Of a stretch of 64,000 nt of DNA, positions 29,133 through 39,080 are shown one piece after another. The notes beneath the pieces are model-generated. The model was not told the DNA's origin. It saw only the letters and a list, made by a program, of their open reading frames with translations, and ran no database searches. Positions within the stretch are counted from its first letter, which is position 1, and every line of letters starts with the position of its first letter. The stretch is from the NCBI GenBank assembly GCA_963709875.1, contig CAVPYB010000012.1, forward strand, positions 545,154-609,153. Direction: 5' to 3'. The DNA comes from an uncultured Chloroflexia bacterium. GTDB lineage: Bacteria > Chloroflexota > Anaerolineae > Anaerolineales > UBA4823. Made by a program: the position numbers and the translations under genes.

Positions 29133-30557
29133 GGGTGTTCCGACCTCTTAGGCTGGACATCCGGGATGACGATGACCGGCGGCTGGCGCTCTACTACGCC
29201 CGTAAGGTCGTATGCCATCGCGCCGCTGATGCGCACCGGCACCATCTCGCCAGCCGGGACTTCACCCTCGATGATCACCATGCCATCGATCTCCGGCGCA
29301 TCGCGATATGAGCGCCCCAGCGATATGACCTCATCCGGGAGCGGGATGCCATCCTCGGTCTCCACCTCACCGTGCCCCTCAACCAGCACGGGCAGGGTCC
29401 TGCCGACGTACGACTGGTTGCGCTCCAGGGAGATGCCCTGCTGGAGCTGCATCAGCCGCTCCCAGCGCTCCTGCTTCACTTCCGTCGGGATCGGGTCGCC
29501 CAGCGGCTCGCTGGTTGTGCCGGGCTCGAACGAGAATTGGAAGGCTCCCACCCGGTCGAAGCGAATCTCCTGGATGAAATCCAACAGTGTCTGGAACTCC
29601 TCCTCGGTCTCGCCCGGATAGCCGACGATAAAGGTGGTGCGCAGCGCCAGGTCGGGGATAGCTGTCCGCATCTTCTCCAGTGTGCGCTGCACCCAATCCG
29701 ATGTTAGCCGGGCGGCGCATGCGGCGCAGCGTCGGCAGGGTGGGCGTGCTGCAGCGGCATATCCAGATAGGGCAGGATCTGCGGCTGGGTCGCCATCACT
29801 TCGATCAGGCGGTCGGTGACGTAGCCGGGATAGGCATACATGATGCGCATCCAGTCCATATCCGGGACGGCATCCACCAGCGCCTCCAGCAGCAGCGCCA
29901 GCCCGTCCTTGATGCCCAGGTCGTGCCCGTAATCGGTGGTGTCCTGGGCGATCAGTATCAGCTCGCGTACACCTTGCTCGCGCAGAAGGCGCGCTTCGTC
30001 CAGGATCGCCTCCAGCGGGCGGCTGACCGCGGTGCCTTTGATCAGCGGGATGGCACAGAAGGCGCACGGTCGGCGGCAGCCATCCGCGATCTTGAGATAG
30101 GCGCTGGCACCCTGAACGGCGTCGCGGAAAGCGCCCTTTTCGTCGACGCCGACGGTTGGTGCCTCCGGCAGGTGGTAGAGCGGCTCCGGGTGGTCCCCAA
30201 GGCGCAGCTGTCCTACCACGTCCACGATGTCCATCCAGCGGCGGGTGCCGAGGATGCCGTCGATGCCTGGGACCTGGCGCGCCACCTCTGCGCCGTAGCG
30301 CTGGGTCAGGCAGCCGGCAGCGATCAACGTCTGCCCTTTGCGCTTCAGGGCAGCCAGCTCGCTCAAGCACCTGCAGCGACTTCTTCCTTCGCCGGGCCGA
30401 TGAACCCACACGTGTTGACGATCAAGACGCTGGCAGCTTCGGACGTGCCTACAGGCTGGTATCCCGATCTAACCAATAACTGCGCCATCGACTCGGAATT
30501 CACCGTGTTCTTTGCGCACCCCAGCGATACCAGGTGGAAAGTTTTTTCAGTCTTCAT
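29129..30557 (-). pseudogene. rimO: Ribosomal protein S12 methylthiotransferase RimO, about four +1 frameshifts as assembled
   Basis: N-terminal UPF0004 domain (FHLVSLGCAKN...NTCGFI), radical-SAM CRRPCAFCAIP and a TRAM C-terminus are spread over three frames. Shifts lie near 30395, 30378, 29725 and 29700. Confidence 0.85.
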
Positions 30558-30587
30558 CCTTCATCCTTGATCTTTCATCCTTCATCC
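30552..30587. repeat. Duplicated 14-mer (minus strand ggatgaaggatgaa) spanning the rodZ stop and the rimO start
   Basis: cttcatccttcatcc ttgatct ttcatccttcatcc read directly. Confidence 0.5.
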
Positions 30588-31792
30588 GCAGTGGGGGTCG
30601 CACGCGGTGTGGCTGTGGGCGTAAATGTAACCGTCGGTGTGGGGGTCTGCACCCCCTGCGCGGTATACACCTGCTGCACCACCTGACCGTAGAGGCCCAA
30701 CGGTCCCAAATCGATCTGGTTGAAGAATATCTGCAAAGCTGCCCCGTTGCTGGTCAGCAGCTCCACCGTTTCCTCACCTTCATATTGGTAGGCGCTCCCC
30801 GGCAGCACACGCCCCTCAAAGACCACTTCTCCGTCGACGGTAACCCGCACCCAGGCTCGCTGGCGTACGGTGGTATACACCTGCACACCTTGCTGGACCC
30901 CGGGCAGCACGGCAAAGACCGGTGTAGAGTCTGCCTGCTCAGTGGCGGCAGGCAGTGGCGGTACTGTTGGTGTGTGCGGAAGCGCGGTCGCTGAAGCCGT
31001 CGCCGTGGGGGCTGAAAGCAGGACTTCGGCGATGGATGGCGCAGTTGCCGAAGGGGTGCTGTCTGCTCGCATGGTAAAGATACGTGCCGCTCCCCAGACC
31101 ACGAACCCGCCCAACCCCAGGATAATAATCGCTGCCAGCAGCGTTTCGCCCGACAGCACCCGCCGCAGCGCGCCCGGCGGTCGGGGAGCTGTACCGGCAG
31201 GGCGAGATGGCGAAGGCCGCGTGGCCTGTCTGGCTGCCAGCTGCGCCTGCAGAGCCTGGGCAAAGCGCAGCAGCAAGGGCTCTGGGTCTAACCCTAAGAA
31301 GCTGGCATAATTGTTCAGCATCCCCCTGCCCTGCACGGGAGAAGGCAAACCGGAGATGTCGCCAGCCTCTAAGGCCATCAGATAGTGCTGGCGCAGGTGT
31401 GTGTGCTTCTCGACATCTTCTAACGAAAGACCGAGCAGCTCCCGCTGGTGCTTCAGCTGCCTTCCGATATCCGCATAGATCGCATCGGCTGACTCATCCT
31501 GACCGGGCTGTTTCCCGTATTCTTGCTCCGGGGGAGGGGCAGGTGGCAGCTCGACGACCAGCTCTTGCAGTTCTACTTCAGACAGCAGCGCTTCGACATC
31601 CATGCCCAGATAGGTGGCATAAGCACGCGTGAAGCCGCGTGCCTGCACCATGGAAGGAAGGGCATCGTATTCCCCGGATTCCAGGGCTTGCAGGTAGTGC
31701 AAGCGGATATGGGTTGCCATGGCTGCCTGCTCCAGGGAGAGCTTTTGCACCTGGCGTGCCTGGCGAAGCTGCTGTCCGATGTTTTCGTTCAT
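30575..31792 (-). CDS. rodZ: RodZ-like cytoskeleton protein with two HTH domains and a DUF4115-like C-terminus
   Basis: Two copies of the LSLEqaa..THiR..YL.ALE.G pattern, a TM helix, and C-terminal VRVTVDGEVVFEGRVLPGSAYQYEG. Confidence 0.75.
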   Translation of the reverse strand: MNENIGQQLRQARQVQKLSLEQAAMATHIRLHYLQALESGEYDALPSMVQARGFTRAYATYLGMDVEALLSEVELQELVVELPPAPPPEQEYGKQPGQDESADAIYADIGRQLKHQRELLGLSLEDVEKHTHLRQHYLMALEAGDISGLPSPVQGRGMLNNYASFLGLDPEPLLLRFAQALQAQLAARQATRPSPSRPAGTAPRPPGALRRVLSGETLLAAIIILGLGGFVVWGAARIFTMRADSTPSATAPSIAEVLLSAPTATASATALPHTPTVPPLPAATEQADSTPVFAVLPGVQQGVQVYTTVRQRAWVRVTVDGEVVFEGRVLPGSAYQYEGEETVELLTSNGAALQIFFNQIDLGPLGLYGQVVQQVYTAQGVQTPTPTVTFTPTATPRATPTADEG

Positions 31793-31829
31793 CCGTTATA
31801 GGTAATTCCTGCTCGTAGGCTGACACAAA

Positions 31830-31866
31830 GGGCGGGGTTCCATCACACGCATGGAAAGCCCCGCCC
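31830..31866 (-). terminator. Candidate terminator hairpin downstream of rplI
   Basis: gggcgggg-ttccat...atggaa-ccccgccc, followed on the minus strand by tttgtg. Confidence 0.45.
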
Positions 31867-31919
31867 CTGGCGGCACCGAACTTGGAGCAGGGCATTCCCG
31901 CCCCGATCTAATAACTGAT

Positions 31920-32579
31920 TTACTCTACGATATCCGCTTCCGCTTCTGCTTCGACCTCCGCCTCAGGCTCAGCGATTGGTTCTGCTTCCACTTCCGGCTC
32001 AGCTTCTGCCTCGACTTCCAGGTCTTCATCAACAGCTTCTGCGATAGCTGCCTCGAGCTCCTGCGCTACGGCAGCAGCTTCTTCAGCGGCTGCCTCCAGC
32101 TCGGCTATCTCAGCCCGCATCTGCTCCGGCGACTCGCCTTCACGGTAAACCAGGACGGTGACCTCGGGGACCAGATCAATGGTTAGCCGGACAGACACCT
32201 TGTGCTCTCCCAGGTTGCGCAGTGGCTGTGAATTGATCTGGCGTCGATCGATCTCCAGCCCTACCTGTGCCTGGATGGCATCGGCGATCATTTGCGTCGT
32301 GATCGAGCCGTACAGTTTGCCGGTTTCTCCCGCCTTGGCAGGAAAAGCCAGCGCGACCTCTGCCAGCTGCTCTGCAACGCCGCTCAGCTCCTGGTTGAGG
32401 GCAGCGCGGCTTGCCGCTGCCCGGGTGCGGATCTGCTCTACCTGTTTCAATGCACCGGGGGTTGCCAGGACAGCCAGCCCTTGCGGGAGAAGGTAGTTGC
32501 GCCCATATCCGTCGGCAACCTTCTTCACATCACCGGCTCGACCCAGCTTGTAAACATCCTGCAGTAAAAGTACTTTCAT
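31920..32579 (-). CDS. rplI: Ribosomal protein L9 with ~70-aa acidic Glu/Ala-rich C-terminal extension
   Basis: MKVLLLQDVYKLGRAGDVKKVADGYGRNYLLPQGLA... forms the ~149-aa core. The tail is AEIAELEAAAEEAAAVAQELE...EVEAEAEPEVEAEPIAEPEAEVEAEAEADIVE. Confidence 0.9.
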   Translation of the reverse strand: MKVLLLQDVYKLGRAGDVKKVADGYGRNYLLPQGLAVLATPGALKQVEQIRTRAAASRAALNQELSGVAEQLAEVALAFPAKAGETGKLYGSITTQMIADAIQAQVGLEIDRRQINSQPLRNLGEHKVSVRLTIDLVPEVTVLVYREGESPEQMRAEIAELEAAAEEAAAVAQELEAAIAEAVDEDLEVEAEAEPEVEAEPIAEPEAEVEAEAEADIVE

Positions 32580-32648
32580 TGCCTCAAGCCCTTTCGAATT
32601 AAAGATTTTCTGCGGCTGAGAGCGAAGCACCAGGCAGCTCGGGCATCT

Positions 32649-32690
32649 GTGGGGTATGCAGGCACGCGTACGCGTGCCTGCATACCCCAC
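32649..32690. repeat. Perfect 42-bp palindrome between divergent rplI and recO
   Basis: gtggggtatgcaggcacgcg ta cgcgtgcctgcataccccac. Confidence 0.9.
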
Positions 32691-32838
32691 GTCTCCTGCA
32701 CATTATGGCGGTCGCTCCAGCCATTTTCTGCACACAGCAGACCCGGGCGAAGGGTACAACGCACCGGGCAGGGGGATTTTACCAGATGGGCAGGCGCTAG
32801 TCAACGGCTTGACTAACGTCGCTTGACTAATGTAAAGA

Positions 32839-33643
32839 TTGATGCTGTATAATCCACACATGCCATCACGGGAGCGTTCATTCCGGGTCGAAGCAGTCGT
32901 GCTGCGCCATTCCGATTGGGGTGAGGCTGACCGGTTGGAGGTCATGTTCACCCGCCAGTTAGGAAAGATACGCGCCATCGCCAAGGGGGTGCGCAAGATG
33001 CGCTCGCGCAAGGCAGGTCATCTGGAACCGTTCACCCGCTCCAGCCTGCTGCTGGCGCGCGGCCGGGATATGTTCATCATCACCCAGGCTGAGACCATCC
33101 AGGCGCACACCGCGCTGCGCGAAGACCTGCTGCTGGTCGGCTACGCTTCCTACGTTATAGAGCTGTTGGATCGCTTCACGTATGAGGAGGGCGAAAACCG
33201 CGCCCTGTACAGGCTGCTGGTGGATACCCTGGGTCGCCTGTCAGCCGAGGCCGATCCCGTCATGGCCTTACGCTACTACGAGATCCGCCTGTTGGACCTG
33301 CTGGGTTTCCGCCCACAGCTTTTCACCTGCGCACATTGTGGAAAAGAGATCATCGCCGAGGACCAGTACTTCTCCGCACAGGAGGGCGGCGTACTCTGCC
33401 CCGATAGCGGGGGCGGGATGAAGGGCGCCCGCCCGATCTCCATGCTGGCCTTGAAATACCTGCGCCATCTGCAGCGCAGCTCATACGGAGAAGCCTGCCC
33501 GCGCGCAGATCACTCCGCAAACCAACCGGGAGATGGAAATCCTGATCCAGCACTACCTGACATACCTGCTGGAACGCGGTCTGAACACGCCTCAATTTAT
33601 CCAACGTATCAAGAGTCAAAAGACTGCCAACCCGGAGGAGTAG
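32839..33643 (+). pseudogene. recO: DNA repair protein RecO, one +1 frameshift near the 3' end as assembled
   Basis: N-terminal OB fold and CxxC...Cys zinc region (FTCAHCGKEI) are in frame. After ~33495 the conserved tail ARAQITPQTNREMEILIQHYLTYLLERGLNTPQFI continues in the +1 frame to the stop at 33641..33643. Confidence 0.85.
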
Positions 33644-33667
33644 AACGGCTAAACCTTTTCGTAGTGC

Positions 33668-36344
33668 TTACTCCGTGCGGCGGCTTCCTCTTGCTGCCCG
33701 GTGCCACAGGATATACAGGGCAACCAACCCACCCAGCCCCGCCCACAGCCATATAGACCCCAGGAGCTGAAAACCAGCCGGCAGGGAGCTTGCCTGAAAT
33801 GCGGCGACGCTGACCGCCGTCGGGTCGAATGTGAAGCGGTAGTCCTCCACCTCCCCGCCGCTCTCCAGGCCTGTGGCGGCGATGGCAGCCTGGTCCGAAC
33901 AGTCGCCATCCCCATCCAGGTCGGGCACCAGCCGGAAGCGGGCGTAGAATTCAACACCTCCGTTTGCGGCCCCTACGGGCAGTGCAAAGCTGAGCGGTGT
34001 AGTTCCAGTGCTGAGCGCCTGGCGCTCGAAGATCTGCTCTCCCGGGTCGGCAAAATCATTGTCTGCGCCGAAGCTGGACCCATCCCAATAGTCCAGCCAG
34101 GCGCTCAGGCAGGCATTGCCCCCAGATACCGTCACCTGCAAGTTCCCGCTGCCATCGCTCCAATTGCCGGTGGCAACCACGCCATCATCGACATCACCCT
34201 GTGCAGTGGCAGATTCCTGTCCATCCGGGTCTGCATCCAGCGCGGCACCCAGCACCAGGCTGGACACGCAGTGCCTGGCTCCATTATCAACGTTCAGAGT
34301 CTGGGTATAAACGGCAGGCAAGTCGCCGAAGTCGATACCGCTGAGGAAGCTGCCCCAGCGGGTCCCCCAACGCCCGTCCTGCGTAGGATACGATGGAAGG
34401 ACGGTGCCGCGTGTGAGAGCATATTCGTTATACACCCAGAAAGTAGCCTCCCCAACTGGGTCCAGGGCGATGCCGCTGTAATCACCCCAGCGGTTGCGCG
34501 TTCCGCTGAAAGCGCGGTAGTAATAATCCTGCCCCGCCGCCAGCGCGGCACTGGACTGCAGGGTTCCTGCCGGGTCGCTGGCATAACGGGCGCTGTAATA
34601 CGCTCCCGGGTAGATGGACGGTGCCGAAGCAGCAAATCCCAGCCCCATATTGCCGCACTGGTCCACGGCAATGCTGGGGAAGAATGTAAAAGTCCCGCTG
34701 GCGATGTCCTCCCCTCCGGCATCACCCTGGTCTGCCAGGGCGGGCGCGGCCAAGGTGCTGGTATCGACCTGCACCCAGTGAGAGGTCACCTCACCCGGAT
34801 CGCCACCTGCCCACAACGGATATCTGGAAGGTAGCCCACAGGCTGTCGTCCCGCCACACCGCGTGCAGGGCGCGCCGGTCGTTGGTTTCGACCGTGATGG
34901 CGGTGCCGCTCTGCGGCGCATCCCCCAGTGCGGTTGATGAGTCTTCGATATCGCCCATGGATACAAACGCATGCGAAAATGCCGGCGTCCCCAGGGGATT
35001 ATCGACGCGGATGATACTGAGGAATTCCTGGTTGCCGCCCGCGAAGCCGGTTCGCAACAGCCAGGTGCCCACCCCTGCCGGGGCATTCCCAAAGATATGC
35101 GCCGGCTGCGTGGTGGTGGCTGCTAACCCGCCGCCTACTGCTCCGGAGGGGTCATGCACGGTCACCGAGGCTGCCCCGCCGCTGTAGAACGGCTGCTTGG
35201 CTACGATCCACAGCAGTGTGCCACGATAGTAGCGGCTGCCAAAGATATCGGCATAGGTGAACATATTGTTGGTGATATAGACTGCCTCCTCGTCGATCGA
35301 GAAGCCCGGGTAGTCCGCCCAGGTAGGGTCTCCACTGATGGTTATGTTGGAATTGATGGCATGGTAATACCAGGTACCGTTCGGGTCGCTGTCATCCGAG
35401 ACTGCCAGCAGGATGCGCGATGAGTCAACCGGGTCGCCCAGCCCGTCATCCTGCCGCTCGAGCGCCACGACCAGGAAGCGCCCGGCGTGCTGGTCGTAGA
35501 TCGCCTTGGGGTCATACAGCCGGTTGACCGGCACCAGCGGCTCGAAGAAGCTGCCCACATGGGTGGAGCTGTTTCTGCCCAACCGTTGGCTGTTCTGCAG
35601 CGTTCCACCCTTGGTAAACCACTGGATAGACGAGTTGACTACAGAGAGCACATGTGCTGGACCAGCCGCGCCGATCGGGTCAGGCGGGATTTGGTAAACA
35701 CCGGTCAGTGCAGCGTCTACATCGAAATTGAGCGCCTCGAACCGAGCTTCTAAACCGGGTGCTTCCGGCTGCTGCGGGCTTCTAACCGGGTCCACGACAG
35801 CAGCCCCGTCAGCATTATCCAGAGGCAGAGTAGCTTCGAGAGAGAAATCCTGCCCCTGGCTGGTATCCACCTTATCCATCTTATCGGCGCCGATGTATGT
35901 ATCATCACCCGGACCGCCATCCAGAAATTCACCAAATGACCCGGCGAAAAGGATGTCATTCCCGGCCGCTGCGTCCACACTCACGCTGGTCAGGGCAGGG
36001 AATTCAGCCGCGTTCATCTTCCGCAGGTCAATAACATCGGCATCACTGCTTCCGGTCACCACCACGCCGAGGATAGAACTGCACGTCGCCGGGCCGTTAT
36101 CCGGCGGCAGGTCGTTGACCGAGATAGACCCATTCAGACAGGCGATCTCCACCACCTCACCTTCGCTCAGCACCGCAGTAAGCACACTATTGACCACCTG
36201 TACGAACAGACCCGCGCGCGCCGGGAGTATGGGCCACAGCAAGCTGATCGCAGCCACAGCCAGCAAACACATGGCTGCTATTTTTCCAAACTTGCTCGCT
36301 GTCTTATATATCGTTCGATGACCTTTTACCACCATAACCCACAC
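33668..36344 (-). pseudogene. Large secreted protein with RTX-like Gly/Asp repeats, GEVED domain and C-terminal TM anchor, one +1 frameshift
   Basis: ORFs 34791..36344 and 33668..35092 join at ~34810 (...SLWATFQ / YPLWAGGDPGEV). The C-terminus carries GGEVEDYRFTF, then a hydrophobic helix and RAARGSRRTE. Confidence 0.7.
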
Positions 36345-36590
36345 TCCACGTATGCCTCTTCAATATCCGAGTAAATAGGTAAAATCCACGCAGCTCAAAG
36401 GGATACTTGCCTCACCATGCTAGCTGCGCAAGTCCTACATGGATTATATTTTAGAACTGGTCCTTTTTGCCTAACCGTATTGTTAGCCGCTGGCGGTTTA
36501 CAATATACCTGGTCTGCAGTTCTGCTCACTCGGCTCGATAATCTGGTTTTTTTATTCCGAAATGATATACTTGGCATATTTGGAGGCTTT

Positions 36591-38327
36591 GTGTCGAATA
36601 TAAATCTTCAATCCCTTGACTCTGCACTAGCTGAATATGCTCCAATCGGTCGCAGCGCCTTGCTCCCCGCGCTGTATGCCGCACAATCCATCTATGGCTA
36701 TCTGCCTGAGCCGGTAGCTGCCCGAGTGGGCCAGGTTCTGGGGGTTCCTCTGGCTGACGTATATGGTGTGATCGACTTCTACAGCATGTTCTACCGCCAG
36801 CCGGTGGGGGAGACACATATCCTGCTTTGCGGCGACCCGGCCTGCGCTATAGAAGGCTCAGATGTGATCATGCAAGACTTATGCCAGCACCTGGGTATTT
36901 CTAACCCAGGTGTCAGCCCGGACGGCAAGGTAAGCCTGGAACGGGCACCCTGCCTGGGGTTATGCGAGCACGCACCGGCGGCTTTGGTAGGAGAAACCCC
37001 TCTTGGTCAGATCGACCGCACACAGCCCGAGGCGATCATCCAGGGCACCGGCACTGCACCCTACGCCAGGGTCGGAGGCGATGCGCGCCTGCTGACAGCC
37101 AACTGTGATAAAGGACGTCCAACTTCGCTTGAGGAATACCTTGAGGGCAGCGGCTATTCCGGGCTGAAAAAAGCGCTCAGCCAGCCCCCCAAATCGGTGA
37201 TCGCCGAGGTGAAGGCTTCCGGCCTGGTCGGGCGCGGTGGGGCTGCCTTTCCCACCGGCGTGAAGTGGGAAGGCGCAGCCAATGCAGAGGGGCAGCCCAA
37301 GTACGTAGTCTGCAACGCCGACGAATCCGAGCCGGGCACGTTCAAAGACCGGGTGCTCATGGAAGGCGACCCGCACCGGTTGCTGGAGGGCCTGATCATC
37401 GCCGCCTACGCGGTCGGCGCCCACCAGGGCTATATCTACGTGCGCGGTGAATATACCTACGCCTATAAAGTTCTTGATTGGGCAGTCCAGGAAGCCCGGC
37501 AGGCAGGATTGCTGGGAGAAGACATCCTCGGCAGCGGCTTTGAGTTGCAGATCGAGCTGCGCCGCGGCGCCGGTGCCTATATCTGCGGAGAGGAGACGGC
37601 CCTGTTCGAGTCAATCGAAGGCAAGCGCGGCTTCCCGCGTGTCAAACCGCCCTTCCCTACCACCCACGGGTTGTTCTCAAAACCCACCGTGGTCAACAAT
37701 GTCGAGACTCTATGCAATATCCCCCTCATCATCGAAGAGGGTGCTGAAGCTTACCGCCAGCTTGGCACAGAACGATCCCCGGGCACCAAGCTGTTCTGCG
37801 TCTCCGGCGATATTGCCCGTCCCGGTGTCTATGAGGTGCCATTTGGCGCCAGCCTGCGCCATCTGCTGTTCGAGCTGGCAGGAGGCGTGCCTGGCGGGCG
37901 GGAGATGCAGGCGATCCTGTTCGGCGGTGCAGCCGGGACATTTGCCAATCCGGATCAGCTTGACGTGCGCCTGACTTTCGAGGACCTGCGCCAGGCCGGG
38001 CTGCTGCTAGGCTCCGGCGTGGTGATGGTGTTCGACGAGCGGCGCGATCTGCGTGATACGCTGAAACGGCTGGCGCGCTTCTTCGCCCACGAGTCGTGCG
38101 GCAAGTGCTACCCCTGCCAGTTGGGCACCCAGCGCCAGCACGAGATCCTGGAGCGCGTCGCAAACGGTAAGGCTCTCGCCGGGGATACCGAGCGGCTGAC
38201 CGATGTCGGCTGGACGATGACCGACGCGTCGCTGTGCGGACTGGGTCAGACGGCTGCCACCGCTGTGCTAAGCGCCATCAAATTGTGGCCTGAACTTTTC
38301 ATCGAAACACAACCCCAGGCGGAGTAG
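36591..38327 (+). CDS. Fused NuoE/NuoF-like NAD(H)-binding flavoprotein (FdsG/FdsB or HoxF type)
   Basis: GTG start with GGAGG RBS. NuoE-like 2Fe-2S part ([12 protein letters not shown]...CLGLCEHAP). NuoF motifs [13 protein letters not shown] and [12 protein letters not shown]. Intact. Confidence 0.85.
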   Translation: MSNINLQSLDSALAEYAPIGRSALLPALYAAQSIYGYLPEPVAARVGQVLGVPLADVYGVIDFYSMFYRQPVGETHILLCGDPACAIEGSDVIMQDLCQHLGISNPGVSPDGKVSLERAPCLGLCEHAPAALVGETPLGQIDRTQPEAIIQGTGTAPYARVGGDARLLTANCDKGRPTSLEEYLEGSGYSGLKKALSQPPKSVIAEVKASGLVGRGGAAFPTGVKWEGAANAEGQPKYVVCNADESEPGTFKDRVLMEGDPHRLLEGLIIAAYAVGAHQGYIYVRGEYTYAYKVLDWAVQEARQAGLLGEDILGSGFELQIELRRGAGAYICGEETALFESIEGKRGFPRVKPPFPTTHGLFSKPTVVNNVETLCNIPLIIEEGAEAYRQLGTERSPGTKLFCVSGDIARPGVYEVPFGASLRHLLFELAGGVPGGREMQAILFGGAAGTFANPDQLDVRLTFEDLRQAGLLLGSGVVMVFDERRDLRDTLKRLARFFAHESCGKCYPCQLGTQRQHEILERVANGKALAGDTERLTDVGWTMTDASLCGLGQTAATAVLSAIKLWPELFIETQPQAE

Positions 38328-38370
38328 CCACCTTTTCGAACTCTACCCGAAGGACACAGCTATCAACCTT

Positions 38371-39062
38371 ATGGATGAAATTACCCTCACCATCGACGGA
38401 CAGACCGGTCAAAGTCCCGCGCGGCATCACCATCCTGCAGGCTGCCCGGGAAGCTCGGCATCGATATCCCCACCATCTGCTACCACGAGGCCGACCACCG
38501 CCAACGCGCTGTGCCGCACCTGCGTGGTGGAGGTCGACAGGGCGCGCGTGCTGGCGGCTTCCTGCGTTGCGCAGGTAAGCGACGGCATGAAAGTGCTACA
38601 CCCGCTCCGAGCGCGTCGAGCGCAGCCGGCGCACCATCCTGGAGATGCTCGACATCGGCAGTCGATCTCTCCGAGGCGCCGGAGATCCAGGCGATGCTGG
38701 CCGAATACCCGGCCGACCCGGAGCGCTTCCCGGATGCCGAGCGCCGCGAGCCGCCGGTCATCGACGACAACCCGATGTACGTGCGCGATTATGCCAAGTG
38801 CGTGCTGTGCTGGCGCTGCGTGCAGGTCTGCGCCGAGGACGCCCAGTACACCTTCGCCATCAATTTCGCCGGGCGCGGCTTCGAGACCCAGATCGCCACC
38901 TTCTTCGACCAGCCCATGCCCGAGACCACCTGCGTGTTCTGCGGGCAGTGCGTGGGCGTCTGCCCCACCGGCGCGCTCAAGCCCAAGCGTGAATGGCTGT
39001 TCGAGCAGGGGCTGACGCCGGACGAGATCATGGGGGCGACCCGCAGCGAAGCGAAAAAGTAG
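38371..39062 (+). pseudogene. Formate dehydrogenase iron-sulfur (NuoG N-terminal-like) subunit, five +1 frameshifts in the first 300 nt
   Basis: Reconstructed as [54 protein letters not shown]...[36 protein letters not shown]...[11 protein letters not shown]...[16 protein letters not shown]. Confidence 0.8.
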
Positions 39063-39080
39063 GTAAGAAGGAGCGCCGGT

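Noticed and set aside
36417-36590. N-terminal 58-codon extension of the NuoEF-like ORF.
   Set aside because: The extension is hydrophobic and low-complexity with no homology. A GTG at 36591 preceded by GGAGG fits the start of the NuoE-like domain.
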